From: Endomicrobium sp.
GTDB lineage: Bacteria > Elusimicrobiota > Endomicrobiia > Endomicrobiales > Endomicrobiaceae
Direction of reading: 5' to 3'
Length of the DNA: 64,000 bases
Assembly: GCA_031290625.1 (NCBI GenBank)
Contig: JAITND010000044.1
Span: forward strand, 1,470-65,469
The notes below the pieces were generated by a model. The model saw only the letters and a list, made by a program, of their open reading frames with translations, had not been told where the DNA came from and searched no databases. The position numbers and the translations under genes were made by a program. Shown here in pieces: positions 1 to 9,698 of this stretch (positions are counted from its first letter, which is position 1; every line of letters begins with the position of its first letter).

Positions 1-517
1 AACGGCATATTTGAACAACCAAAGAGCCGGAACGCATAAGACAAAAACAAGAGGCGAAGTGTCTTTCTCGGGAGCAAAACCTTGGAAGCAGAAAGGTACG
101 GGTAATGCCCGCGCTGGACAGAGAAATTCTCCTTTGTGGAGAAAGGGCGGAATCATTTTTGGCCCTCAGCCTAGAGATTATTATACAAAGCAGTCAAAGC
201 GGAAAAAGAGACTTTCTTTGAGCATGGCTCTTTCTGCTCAATTGCAGAACGGCAATGTTATAGTTGTCGACTCTATAAAGCTTGACGAAGATAGAACAAA
301 AAAAGTTGCAGAGCTTTTGAAGAATCTTAAACTTGAAGGTAAGAAAGTTGTTTTCGCAGTCTCTGGCGACGCGGCTTTCAGACTTGCGGCAAGAAATATA
401 GAAAACGTGGTAGTTGAAAACGTAAAGAATATTAACTCGTATCAAGTTCTTTGGGCGGATAAATTGGTTCTTACGCCTGAAGCGGTTGATTCAATAAAAG
501 AAAGACAATCCATATAA
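1..517 (+). CDS. rplD: 50S ribosomal protein L4 (5' truncated by window edge)
   Basis: GTHKTKTRGEVS..KPWKQKGTGNARAG..SPLWRKGG..FGPQPRDY L4 motifs. Confidence 0.97.
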   Translation, partial: TAYLNNQRAGTHKTKTRGEVSFSGAKPWKQKGTGNARAGQRNSPLWRKGGIIFGPQPRDYYTKQSKRKKRLSLSMALSAQLQNGNVIVVDSIKLDEDRTKKVAELLKNLKLEGKKVVFAVSGDAAFRLAARNIENVVVENVKNINSYQVLWADKLVLTPEAVDSIKERQSI

Positions 518-546
518 GAGATTGTTTTTTATTATTAGGAAATAAC

Positions 547-834
547 ATGGATATCAGAAACATTATTAAGAAACCTATCGTAACAGAAAAAGCGGCTCTT
601 TTGAAAGAAACGAACAACAAATATACTTTTGTTGTAGATAAAGACGCTAATAAGTTCCAGATAAAACAGGCTATTGAGTCTTTGTTTAATGTAAAAGTTG
701 AAAGTGTTCACACATCCAACTACTTAGGAAAAAGCAAGAGAATGGGCTCGCACGCAGGATACAGAAGCGATTGGAAGAAAGCTATAGTAAAACTTGGCGA
801 AGGTCAAGAAATTCAAATAGGCGACCAGGCTTAA
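547..834 (+). CDS. rplW: 50S ribosomal protein L23
   Basis: PIVTEKA, YTFVVD..ANK.QIK.A.E.LF.VKV..V.T, WKKAIV; S10 operon order. Confidence 0.97.
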   Translation: MDIRNIIKKPIVTEKAALLKETNNKYTFVVDKDANKFQIKQAIESLFNVKVESVHTSNYLGKSKRMGSHAGYRSDWKKAIVKLGEGQEIQIGDQA

Positions 835-938
835 TTAAATAGGCTTTGCGGATGGCAATCAAGAAACGATTGCTAAAGAAACAAATATGGGCGACGTAAA
901 ATATTAAAGCTGCCATAGCCCGATAATAGGAAAAAGAA

Positions 939-1775
939 ATGCCGATTAAAACATTTAAGCCGTACACACAGTCAAGAAGACAAATGTCAGTTTCAGATTT
1001 TTCTGATATTACAAAAACAGAGCCTGAAAAATCCTTAATCAGAATCATAAAGAAAAAAGGCGGCCGCAACAATACTGGTCAAGTAATGGTGCGTTTCAGA
1101 GGCGGCGGTCATAAAAGATTTTACAGAATAATAGATTTTAAAAGAGACAAATTCAATATTCCTGCCGAAGTAATAGCAATAGAATACGATCCTAACCGTT
1201 CAAGCAGAATAGCGCTTCTGCAATATCAGGACGGAGAAAAAAGATATATAATTCAGCCTGTGGGCGTAAAAGTTGGAGATTCCTTGATGTCCGGACCGGA
1301 TGCCGAGATAAAGCCGGGAAACTCTCTTCCTCTTACGAATATTCCCGTAGGCGCTTTCATACATAACTTGGAACTTGTCGCAGGAAAAGGCGGACAGCTT
1401 GTTCGTTCAGCCGGGTCTGCGGCTCAGCTGCTTGCTAAGGAAGGCAATTATGCTCACGTAAGAATGCCTTCTGGCGAGATAAGGCTTATCCGAGTAAATT
1501 GCTACGCGACAATTGGCCAAGTAGGAAATTTGGACCATGAAAACATTACGGTGGGATCTGCAGGAAGAAACCGTCACATGGGCAAGAAGCCTCATGTCCG
1601 CGGAACTGCAATGAACTCTGTTGACCATCCTCACGGAGGCGGTAGAGGTAGATCTAAAGGTAACAACCAACCCAGAAGCCCTTGGAACCAGCCTGCTAAA
1701 GGTTTTAAGACAAGACCTAAGAAGAATTGGGACTGGGCAATAATAAGCCATCGTAATAAAGCTAAGAAGCAATAA
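939..1775 (+). CDS. rplB: 50S ribosomal protein L2
   Basis: [44 protein letters not shown]. Confidence 0.99.
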   Translation: MPIKTFKPYTQSRRQMSVSDFSDITKTEPEKSLIRIIKKKGGRNNTGQVMVRFRGGGHKRFYRIIDFKRDKFNIPAEVIAIEYDPNRSSRIALLQYQDGEKRYIIQPVGVKVGDSLMSGPDAEIKPGNSLPLTNIPVGAFIHNLELVAGKGGQLVRSAGSAAQLLAKEGNYAHVRMPSGEIRLIRVNCYATIGQVGNLDHENITVGSAGRNRHMGKKPHVRGTAMNSVDHPHGGGRGRSKGNNQPRSPWNQPAKGFKTRPKKNWDWAIISHRNKAKKQ

Positions 1776-1798
1776 GAAGCGATCGGAGGAAAAAATAA

Positions 1799-2083
1799 AT
1801 GAGTCGTTCAACTAAAAAAGGTCCATATGTTGATGAAAAGCTTTTGAATAAAATGCAGAAGCTTAACGAAGCTGGAGATAAAAAAGTTATAAAGACGTGG
1901 GCAAGATCAAGCGTTATAACTCCGGAGTTCGTAGGTCATACCATAGCGATACACAACGGCAGAAAGTTTTTGCCTATATTTATATCGGAACAAATGGTAG
2001 GTCACAAACTTGGCGAATTTTCTCCGACGAGAGTTTTTAAAGGTCATGGCGGGATGACAAAGCAGGATACGTCGCTAACGTAA
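1799..2083 (+). CDS. rpsS: 30S ribosomal protein S19
   Basis: [24 protein letters not shown]; SD GGAG. Confidence 0.99.
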   Translation: MSRSTKKGPYVDEKLLNKMQKLNEAGDKKVIKTWARSSVITPEFVGHTIAIHNGRKFLPIFISEQMVGHKLGEFSPTRVFKGHGGMTKQDTSLT

Positions 2084-2174
2084 AAACGAGACGTTACATT
2101 TGAACTTTAATGTTCATAAACGACAACGGTCGCATGAAAAAGGCGATTGTCAAACAGAAAAAAAGGATATAAAG

Positions 2175-2564
2175 ATGGAAGCAAAGGCAATAGCAAAATT
2201 TGTTAGATATACTCCAAGAAAAGTTAACCAGGTTCTTTCGCTTATCAGAAACAAAAAAGTTGAGAAAGCGTTTGAAGTTCTTTCTTTTCTTCCCAAGTCT
2301 GCCGCGCCGCTCGTTGAAAAAGTTTTGAAAAGTGCAACTGCAAATTCGGGAAAACTTAGCGATTTTTCAGGGCTAAAAGTTAAAGAAGCTTGGGTAGGCA
2401 ACGGTCCTATATTAAAAAGAATGAGACCTGGTCCGCAGGGCAGAGGTATGCCTATAAAGAAGAGAATGTCTCATCTTACGATAGTCGTTACCGACGCAGG
2501 CGTCTCTGACGGAAAAAGAAAGAAAAAAGTAGCTAAAACGGCAATGACTGTTGAAGCAAAGTAA
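2175..2564 (+). CDS. rplV: 50S ribosomal protein L22
   Basis: ATG 2175 after AGGA; A.AKFVRYTPRKV, LKR.RP..GR...I.KR.SH.TIVV; basic C-terminal tail. Confidence 0.96.
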   Translation: MEAKAIAKFVRYTPRKVNQVLSLIRNKKVEKAFEVLSFLPKSAAPLVEKVLKSATANSGKLSDFSGLKVKEAWVGNGPILKRMRPGPQGRGMPIKKRMSHLTIVVTDAGVSDGKRKKKVAKTAMTVEAK

Positions 2565-2593
2565 GATAAAATTTTTTAGGAAAGGTAGGAAAC

Positions 2594-3295
2594 ATGGGTC
2601 ACAAAGTACACCCCAAAAGCGTAAGATTAGGATATATTAGAGATTGGGAATCTAAATGGTTTAATTTAAAAGAGATGCCCGATCTTATAGAAGAAGATCG
2701 TCGCGTAAGAGTTTATTTGAAAAATAAACTCAAAATGGCTTCCGTGTCTAAAATTGTTATTGAAAGACCCGGAAAATATTTGCGCGTAAACATCTATACT
2801 TCTCGTCCAGGAATTGTTATCGGCAAAGGCGGACAAGGTATAGAAAATTTGAGAAAAGAAGTTGAATCCATGACTACGAAGAAGACTTTCGTAAACGTTA
2901 TGGAAATAAAAAGAGCTGAAATTGACGCTCAGCTTGCGGCTGAGAGTATTGCTTTTCAGTTGGAAAAGCAAATAGCTTTTAGAAGAGCGATGAAAAAGAC
3001 TATTGAGAAAGCTATGGCAGCCGGTGCTCAAGGGATAAAAATTATGGTTTCTGGAAGACTCGGCGGCGCAGAAATTGCAAGAACCGAATGGCTTAAGGAA
3101 GGCAGAATTCCTTTGCAGACTTTTAGAGCCGACATAGATTACGGTTTTTCCGAAGCATATACGACGATGGGTCAGATTGGCGTTAAAGTTTGGATATTCA
3201 AAAAGGAACTTTTTAAGAAAACAGCTAAAGAATTGCTTGAAGAAGCAAAGCTTGTTGATACGACTACTTCATCATCTGAACAAATGCCCAAGTAA
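2594..3295 (+). CDS. rpsC: 30S ribosomal protein S3
   Basis: MGHKVHP, RPGIVIGKGG, SGRLGGAEIAR.E, GRIPLQT.RADIDY. Confidence 0.99.
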   Translation: MGHKVHPKSVRLGYIRDWESKWFNLKEMPDLIEEDRRVRVYLKNKLKMASVSKIVIERPGKYLRVNIYTSRPGIVIGKGGQGIENLRKEVESMTTKKTFVNVMEIKRAEIDAQLAAESIAFQLEKQIAFRRAMKKTIEKAMAAGAQGIKIMVSGRLGGAEIARTEWLKEGRIPLQTFRADIDYGFSEAYTTMGQIGVKVWIFKKELFKKTAKELLEEAKLVDTTTSSSEQMPK

Positions 3296-3345
3296 GAAAG
3301 AAGAAGCCAAATAAATTTTAAGACATAAAGACAGAGGACATTCAT

Positions 3346-3759
3346 ATGTTGATGCCAAAAAGAGTTAAATATAGAAAGACGCACAGGGGAAGAATGAAAG
3401 GCAAAGCCAAAGGCGGTACCTATTTGGCTTTTGGCAAGTATGGTCTTCAAGCTCTTGAACCTGTATGGATAAATAGCAATCAAATAGAAGCGGCGCGCGT
3501 TACGCTTACTAGATTTATAAAGAAAGGCGGAAAGGTTTGGGTCAGAATATTCCCTGATAAACCAATTACAAAGAAGCCTGCAGAAACGAGAATGGGTAAA
3601 GGTAAAGGCGATCCGCAGTTTTGGGTCGCTGTAGTAAAGCCCGGAAGAATAATGTTTGAAATGGAAGGTATTCCGGAAGCTGAAGCAAAAAAGGCTTTGA
3701 CTCTTGCGTCAAACAAACTTCCTATACATACAAAAATTTTAGTCAGAGCAGATATTTGA
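3346..3759 (+). CDS. rplP: 50S ribosomal protein L16
   Basis: [36 protein letters not shown]. Confidence 0.99.
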   Translation: MLMPKRVKYRKTHRGRMKGKAKGGTYLAFGKYGLQALEPVWINSNQIEAARVTLTRFIKKGGKVWVRIFPDKPITKKPAETRMGKGKGDPQFWVAVVKPGRIMFEMEGIPEAEAKKALTLASNKLPIHTKILVRADI

Positions 3760-3766
3760 GGATAAG

Positions 3767-4027
3767 ATGAAAAGTAAACTTTGGAATGAGATGAAGAATA
3801 TGACGGATGTAGAGCTTAATGCAAAGCTCGCTCAATTGCAGGATAAGCTTTTTAAGCTAAAGTTTCGTCATTGGACGGCTCCTGTAAAAAATCCTCTTGA
3901 AATAAAAGAGATTAGAAGAAATATTGCAAGAATTAAAACTCTTATAGTTCAGAAGAAAGAGTCCAAAATAAGACAAAATAATAGGAAGGAACAATGTCAG
4001 AACGTGGAAAACGCAAGCGCCGTGTAG
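3767..4027 (+). CDS. rpmC: 50S ribosomal protein L29 with about 19-aa C-terminal read-through into rpsQ
   Basis: LF.LKF......NP..IK.IRRNIARIKT L29 motif; position rplP-rpsQ; 86 aa is longer than typical. Confidence 0.92.
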   Translation: MKSKLWNEMKNMTDVELNAKLAQLQDKLFKLKFRHWTAPVKNPLEIKEIRRNIARIKTLIVQKKESKIRQNNRKEQCQNVENASAV

Positions 4028-4257
4028 GCATAGTTGTAAGTGATAAAAACGATAAAACAAGATTGGTTTCTATAGAGAGAACATACCGTCATTCTTTGTA
4101 CGGTCGCGTTCTCCGAAGCAAGAATAAGTTTGCCGTACACGACGAGAAGAATGAATCTCGTTTGGGCGATAAAGTTGAAATAATGGAATCAAGACCAATG
4201 TCAAAGACGAAAAGATGGGTTTTGGTAAAAGTCGCGAATAAAACGACAGAAATCTAA
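3994..4257 (+). CDS. rpsQ: 30S ribosomal protein S17
   Basis: G.VVSDK.DKT, H.LYG, HDE.N....GD.V.I.ESRP.SK.KRW. Confidence 0.98.
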   Translation: MSERGKRKRRVGIVVSDKNDKTRLVSIERTYRHSLYGRVLRSKNKFAVHDEKNESRLGDKVEIMESRPMSKTKRWVLVKVANKTTEI

Positions 4258-4284
4258 AAAATAAGTTTAACGAAGGATACCGTA

Positions 4285-4653
4285 ATGATTCAGGAGAGAT
4301 CTATTTTAAACGTAGCGGATAACTCAGGAGCGAAGAAGATTCGTTGTTTCAGAGTAACAAAAGGCATGAAACGTCGTTATGCAAGCATCGGCGACATAAT
4401 ACATGCGTCTGTTCAAGATGCTTTGCCGCATGGGAATATAAAGAAAGGCGAAGTTGTTAAAGCGGTAATTGTTCGCGCAGTGAAAGAAATTCGCCGCGCA
4501 GATGGAACTTACATAAAGTTTGACGACAACGCCGCAGTTATCATTAATGACGAAGGCGAACCGAAGGGAACGCGTATTTTTGGACCGGTAGCAAGAGAGC
4601 TTAGAGAAAACAATTATCTTAAAATAATTTCTTTGGCGCCGGAAGTAATATAA
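4285..4653 (+). CDS. rplN: 50S ribosomal protein L14
   Basis: [44 protein letters not shown]. Confidence 0.99.
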   Translation: MIQERSILNVADNSGAKKIRCFRVTKGMKRRYASIGDIIHASVQDALPHGNIKKGEVVKAVIVRAVKEIRRADGTYIKFDDNAAVIINDEGEPKGTRIFGPVARELRENNYLKIISLAPEVI

Positions 4654-4833
4654 GTCTTTTTGCCGTTTTCCTGTTTTTCTTTGGGGAAAAACTTTAATTA
4701 CAATGTATATAATCAAAGACTCGCCGGATTACATGCGTAAAAGTCGAAAATTGAAAATTGTCGAAGAAAATATGATTTATTTAGATGGATTGTGTTGAAA
4801 GTATACAGGCGAAAAACAAAACAGGATATCAAA

Positions 4834-5145
4834 ATGTTTAACATTAAGAAGAAAGACAAAGTTATAGTTTTATCGGGAAAAGACAAAGGAAAGAAAGGCG
4901 AAGTTCTTGATGTTTTTCCTAAAGAAAGCAGAGTTATAGTTTCAAAAATTAATTTCGTAAAAAGACATACGAAACCTACCCAGAGAGATCCCGGAGGAAT
5001 CCGCGAGAAAGAAGCTCCTATCGCGGCAAGCAAAGTTATGCTTGTTTGCCCAAAATGCGAACAGGCTTTTAGACCTAAATTTGACAGACTTTCTGACAAG
5101 AAGAAAGTAAGAGTTTGCCGTAAATGCGGGGAAATGATAGCGTGA
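4834..5145 (+). CDS. rplX: 50S ribosomal protein L24
   Basis: ATG 4834 after AGGA; IKK.D.V.V.SGKDKGK.G.V, GGI.EKEAPI..S.V, CPKC...CRKC. Confidence 0.97.
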   Translation: MFNIKKKDKVIVLSGKDKGKKGEVLDVFPKESRVIVSKINFVKRHTKPTQRDPGGIREKEAPIAASKVMLVCPKCEQAFRPKFDRLSDKKKVRVCRKCGEMIA

Positions 5146-5567
5146 GTATTACAAGAAGACAGGTATTTAAGAAAACTTTAGTTTTGTTGTTGGGGGCGGG
5201 ATGGAGTATTTCCTTGACGTTAAGTTCGTGCGCGTTAATGTTTAATGGAACAACAAAGAGTGTGACTATAAAGTCAATGACTCAAGACAGTAGTATTTAC
5301 GTTGATGGTAATTATGTCGGAGAAGATGCTTGTTCCGTAGATTTGGAACGAAATAAGCGGCATGTTGTGTTGGTCAAAAAGAAAGGACATAAAACAGAAA
5401 TTGTCAATATAGGCAATAATGTACAAGTTGGATGGATTGCGTTTGACGCGTTATTTAACTGGTTTGCTTTTCTAACTGATCCAACTACAGGAGCTTGGTA
5501 TGGGCTAGACAGAGATAACATAGTTGTTAAACTTGCGACGTTGAAAGAAAGTAACGGGAAGGAATAG
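5142..5567 (+). CDS. PEGA-domain putative lipoprotein with twin-arginine-like signal, inserted between rplX and rplE
   Basis: GTG 5142 overlaps rplX stop (GTGA); N-term TRRQVFKK, hydrophobic stretch, lipobox LSSC; SVTIKS....SIYVDGNYVG...H.V.V.KKG PEGA-like pattern. Confidence 0.75.
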   Translation: MSITRRQVFKKTLVLLLGAGWSISLTLSSCALMFNGTTKSVTIKSMTQDSSIYVDGNYVGEDACSVDLERNKRHVVLVKKKGHKTEIVNIGNNVQVGWIAFDALFNWFAFLTDPTTGAWYGLDRDNIVVKLATLKESNGKE

Positions 5568-5620
5568 TAAAAAATACGTTTAATTTGTTTGTTATGGTAT
5601 AAAGGGATAAGGACAGAATA

Positions 5621-6178
5621 ATGAATCAACCTCGTTTAAAAGAATTTTATCAGAAGAGCGTAGTAAGTGAACTTAAAAAACAGTTCAATTTTAAGAACGC
5701 TCATCAGATTCCTAAGCTTGCGAAGATTGTCATAAATATCGGACTAAGCGAAGCTAAAGAAAATAGTAAAGTTTTGGATACGGCTACGGCAGAGCTTGAG
5801 GCTATTACAGGGCAGAAACCTTTGGTTTGCCGCGCAAAGCGGTCTGTTTCAAACTTTAAAATTCGTCAAGGAATGCCTATAGGTATAAAAGTTACTCTAA
5901 GAAACGCAATGATGTATGAGTTCTTAGATAGGCTTATCAATGTGGCAATTCCTCGTATAAGAGACTTTAGAGGAATTGAGACTAATTGTTTTGACGGAAG
6001 AGGCAATTTTAATTTAGGTCTTACAGAACAGTATATTTTCCCTGAAATCAACGTTGAAAAATCAGACAAAGCAAGGGGAATGAATATTACTATCGTAACG
6101 ACGGTTGAGAAAAATGAATACGCAAGAGTGTTGTTGGAACATCTTGGAATGCCGTTCAAAAACAGAGAAAACAAATAA
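5621..6178 (+). CDS. rplE: 50S ribosomal protein L5
   Basis: ITGQKP....[33 protein letters not shown]. Confidence 0.99.
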   Translation: MNQPRLKEFYQKSVVSELKKQFNFKNAHQIPKLAKIVINIGLSEAKENSKVLDTATAELEAITGQKPLVCRAKRSVSNFKIRQGMPIGIKVTLRNAMMYEFLDRLINVAIPRIRDFRGIETNCFDGRGNFNLGLTEQYIFPEINVEKSDKARGMNITIVTTVEKNEYARVLLEHLGMPFKNRENK

Positions 6179-6196
6179 AGCAGAGGATATTTTTCT

Positions 6197-6382
6197 ATGG
6201 CAACAACTTCAGCAGAAGCAAAGATGCGTAAACCTCAGAAATTTGCAACGCGGTACAGGAACAGATGTCGCCTGTGTGGAAGACCGCGCGGCTTTTATAG
6301 AGATTTTGGTCTTTGCAGAATATGTTTGCGTAAATTGGCGCATAACGGCGAAATACCGGGACTTACAAAATCAAGCTGGTGA
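6197..6382 (+). CDS. rpsN: 30S ribosomal protein S14, zinc-binding (type Z)
   Basis: 61 aa; [29 protein letters not shown]. Confidence 0.98.
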   Translation: MATTSAEAKMRKPQKFATRYRNRCRLCGRPRGFYRDFGLCRICLRKLAHNGEIPGLTKSSW

Positions 6383-6413
6383 TAAGCACTAAATTTTAAA
6401 AGAGGTCGGTTTA

Positions 6414-6809
6414 ATGATTACAGATCCAATTTCAGATATGTTCGCGCGCATACGCAACGCGAATGTAAAGTTACATGAAAAAGTTGATATTCCGTCTTCA
6501 AAAATGAAAATGGAAATAGCAAAAATTTTAAAAGAAGAAGGATATATCGTAAACTATAAAAGCACGGACGACAAGAAGCAGGGAATTTTGAGAATTTATC
6601 TCAAATATACAGCTTCCGGTGAACCTGTTCTACAGGGAATAAAGAGAGTTTCAAAGTCTTCTTTGAGAATTTACAAAGGCTACGAAGACATGCCTAAAAC
6701 CATAGGAGGATTAGGCGTTACCTTGGTTTCCACTTCAAAAGGTTTAATGACCGACAACCAAGCAAGAAAAGAAAAGGTTGGCGGAGAAGTTATAGGATAC
6801 GTTTGGTAA
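6414..6809 (+). CDS. rpsH: 30S ribosomal protein S8
   Basis: TDPISDM..RIRN, ILKEEGYI, STSKGLMT...AR...VGGEV..YVW. Confidence 0.99.
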   Translation: MITDPISDMFARIRNANVKLHEKVDIPSSKMKMEIAKILKEEGYIVNYKSTDDKKQGILRIYLKYTASGEPVLQGIKRVSKSSLRIYKGYEDMPKTIGGLGVTLVSTSKGLMTDNQARKEKVGGEVIGYVW

Positions 6810-6885
6810 TTAATTATAGGCTTTGAGCCGTTCCTGTTAGACGGGATTTGCGCAATAACAAAAATTTTATATTGAGGGTCAAACG

Positions 6886-7455
6886 ATGAGTCGCTTAGGC
6901 AAAAAACCGGTTTGTATGCCGGAAAAGGTGAAAGCAGAGTTTAACAACGGCGTGTTAGAAATAATAGGTCCTGGCGGGAAGCTTTCGCAAGGTATAGATG
7001 ATACTAAAATAAACATAAAGATTGACAAGGACAGTATTCTTGTAGAAGCTCTTGAGGAATCCCGCGAGCATAATATGCTTCATGGTCTCATAAGAGGTCT
7101 TGTCGTCAATATGATAGAGGGCGTTACAAAAGGGTTCAAAAAAGAGCTTGAAGCTATAGGACTTGGTTATAAGGCAAACGTAGAAGGCGGTAAGAAGTTG
7201 GTTTTGGCGGTGGGATTTTCTCACCTTGTAAATCTTCCCATGCCTTCAACTGTAAAAGTAACTACGGCTCTTACGCCCGACAAAAATACTTTAATAACGG
7301 TAACGGGAACTGATAAATATGAAGTTGGCGCATTTGCCGCTAAAATTAGGGCGGTTAAGCCGCCTGAACCGTACAAAGGTTTTGGCATAAGATATTTGGG
7401 CGAGAAGATAATAAGAAAAGCCGGAAAAGCCGCGGCGGGCTCAGGCAAAAAATAG
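6886..7455 (+). CDS. rplF: 50S ribosomal protein L6
   Basis: MSR.GK.PV, NMIEGVT.GF.K.L, PPEPYKG.GIRY. Confidence 0.98.
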   Translation: MSRLGKKPVCMPEKVKAEFNNGVLEIIGPGGKLSQGIDDTKINIKIDKDSILVEALEESREHNMLHGLIRGLVVNMIEGVTKGFKKELEAIGLGYKANVEGGKKLVLAVGFSHLVNLPMPSTVKVTTALTPDKNTLITVTGTDKYEVGAFAAKIRAVKPPEPYKGFGIRYLGEKIIRKAGKAAAGSGKK

Positions 7456-7465
7456 AGGATTTTAG

Positions 7466-7825
7466 ATGAAAGATTCAAATAAAAGATTTGATTATCGCGT
7501 TAAGAGAGTAAGGAGCAAAATTGAGGGAACGCAAGAAAGACCTCGTTTAAGCGTTCACCGTGGACACAAGCACATTTATGCTCAAATTATTGACGACGGC
7601 AAGGGAGACACTTTAACTTCGGCTTCAACGTTGTCTCTTGAGCTTAAAGGCAAGTTGAAAGTTACAGATACTGTTGCGGCGGCAAAGTCCGTAGGGGAAT
7701 TGATAGCTAAAAAAGCGTCTGAAAAAGGCGTTAAGAAAGTTGTGTTTGACCGCAGAGGTTATGAGTTTACGGGAAAGATTAAAGCTCTCGCGGACGCCGC
7801 AAGAGAAGGCGGATTGGATTTTTAA
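7466..7825 (+). CDS. rplR: 50S ribosomal protein L18
   Basis: [40 protein letters not shown]. Confidence 0.99.
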   Translation: MKDSNKRFDYRVKRVRSKIEGTQERPRLSVHRGHKHIYAQIIDDGKGDTLTSASTLSLELKGKLKVTDTVAAAKSVGELIAKKASEKGVKKVVFDRRGYEFTGKIKALADAAREGGLDF

Positions 7826-7937
7826 CGGACCCGTTGGTTCCCGGAGAAAATCCTCAACCGAGCGAAGCGCCAAAGGTGTTTATAAATTTTAAGATAAAAT
7901 ATGCTGAAAATACAGCGTGTAGTTTTAGGAGGACAAG

Positions 7938-8441
7938 TTGGCTGAGAAAATAGGTAAACAACAAAATAACGATGGCTTGAAAGAAACTGTTGTCGCCGTT
8001 AACAGAGTGGCAAAGGTTGTTAAAGGCGGAAAGAGATTTTCGTTCAACGCTTTGGTAGTAGTAGGCGACGGAGTCGGTAAAGTAGGTTGCGGTCTTGGCA
8101 AAGCAAATGAAGTTCAAGCCGCAATACAAAAAGGCAGTATGCAAGCCTCAAAACATATGGTTTCAGTGCAGCTCAAAGGCAATACGATTCCGCACGAAAT
8201 AATCGGTGTTTCAGGATCGGGCAAAGTATTGTTAAAGCCTGCGGCTCCCGGAACTGGAGTTATCGCCGGCGGAGCAGTAAGAGCTGTTCTTGAGGCTGTA
8301 GGAATCAGAAATATTCTTACGAAGTCAATGCGTTCTTCTAATCCGTTTAACGTAGTTTATGCGACGATAGAAGCGCTTAAAGCTCTTCGTTCAAAAGAAT
8401 ACGTTGCTAAAATCAGAGAGAAAGAGGCTGTGGAAATATGA
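7938..8441 (+). CDS. rpsE: 30S ribosomal protein S5
   Basis: TTG start with GGAGG SD; [34 protein letters not shown]. Confidence 0.99.
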   Translation: MAEKIGKQQNNDGLKETVVAVNRVAKVVKGGKRFSFNALVVVGDGVGKVGCGLGKANEVQAAIQKGSMQASKHMVSVQLKGNTIPHEIIGVSGSGKVLLKPAAPGTGVIAGGAVRAVLEAVGIRNILTKSMRSSNPFNVVYATIEALKALRSKEYVAKIREKEAVEI

Positions 8442-8884
8442 TAGGTTTGGATAATTTAAAGCCTGCAAAAGGCTCAAAGCATAGAAAGAAAATTGTCGGA
8501 CGCGGCGTCGGTTCTGGACACGGTCGCACTTCTACGCGCGGATCTAAAGGACAAAAAGCCCGTTCGGGCGACGGATCAAAGAAGATAGGTTTTGAAGGTG
8601 GGCAGATGCCTATTTTTAGGAGAATTCCTAAGAGAGGCTTCAATAATCCGTTCCGCAAAGAATACGAAATTGTCAATGTTGAAAGTTTAAATAAGTTTGA
8701 CGCAGGCGTAGAAGTTACGCCTCAAGTTCTTAAAGAAGCTGGTCTTACAGGAAAGGCAAAGCTTGTAAAGATTTTAGGCGTTGGTGATCTTAAGAAAGCT
8801 TTGACGGTTAAAGTAGCTGCTTTCTCAAAGTCTGCTATTGAAAAAATCAATGCTGCAGGCGGTAAAACTGAAATTATTAAATAA
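8438..8884 (+). CDS. rplO: 50S ribosomal protein L15
   Basis: [35 protein letters not shown]; overlaps rpsE stop, no rpmD between. Confidence 0.99.
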   Translation: MIGLDNLKPAKGSKHRKKIVGRGVGSGHGRTSTRGSKGQKARSGDGSKKIGFEGGQMPIFRRIPKRGFNNPFRKEYEIVNVESLNKFDAGVEVTPQVLKEAGLTGKAKLVKILGVGDLKKALTVKVAAFSKSAIEKINAAGGKTEIIK

Positions 8885-9097
8885 CGGTTAAAAAGATATG
8901 AGGAGCAATTGAAAAATGAGGGATATAAGTGCAAAAAGCTTCGTCTGTCATTTTTCGTTTTTAGCGGTAAAATTGCGTATAATAATAGCGCATTGTCTTC
9001 CCGAGAACTTTTTTGCGATTTGGTTCTTTATTGCTGTGGTAGATATAAATATTTGCTAGCGAATGTGAATTGACTGCGAGAATTATGATTAATTTAG

Positions 9098-9326
9098 ACA
9101 AATTATTTAGACCGGCGGTACGCTCTAAAAGAGCCGCCGAAACATACGTACGAGGCGATGGAACGTTTGGAAAAAGTTGACAGAGTTTATAACGCGCGCT
9201 GTTCAGGAAAATTTGGCTATACCAAATTTGAAGAGATGGAACGCAAAAATCTCGCGTCATACTTAGAAGGCGGACAACATTTTGACGAAAAGCTTTACGA
9301 CTTGTTTTGTCAAAAGGAAACATAAA
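9098..9326 (+). pseudogene. Possible decayed gene fragment in the rplO-secY insert
   Basis: About 75-codon stop-free frame (..YALKEPPKHTYEAMERLEKVDRVY..DLFCQKET*) with no convincing 5' end; no family recognised. Confidence 0.3.
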
Positions 9327-9349
9327 TGAAACAAATTGAGAGGATATAA

Positions 9350-9631
9350 ATGCACTTATTAATTTCAATCTGTCTTATACTTTTTGTTGAATGGGCTAAT
9401 TATATTAATTCCCATGCTAGAACTGAAGCGGATATATTGAATACCTTAACCTTACAGAGAACAGCCCTTCATGAACAAATTACGGACGTCGTCAATCAAA
9501 TGGAGCGCCTTCGCCTCCGTTTTGATGAACTAGCCGTGCAGATAAGAGTCACGGATATCGCATACAATTATTTTGCGCATATCCCGAACGTCCCCTCGAT
9601 CTGGGCGATATGCTCTAAAAAAAGAGGTTAA
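9350..9631 (+). CDS. Orphan small protein, hydrophobic N-terminus plus coiled-coil-like segment
   Basis: SD GAGGA upstream; 93-aa ORF co-oriented just upstream of secY. Confidence 0.45.
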   Translation: MHLLISICLILFVEWANYINSHARTEADILNTLTLQRTALHEQITDVVNQMERLRLRFDELAVQIRVTDIAYNYFAHIPNVPSIWAICSKKRG

Positions 9632-9698
9632 TTATGGCTAAACACAAAGAACCGAAAAAAACGGAAAAACAAAAATGTCTAAAATAATGGGATAAATT

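Noticed and set aside
7826-7880. GC-rich spacer after rplR as a tRNA or known ncRNA
   Set aside because: No cloverleaf, TTC loop context or CCA end; too short.
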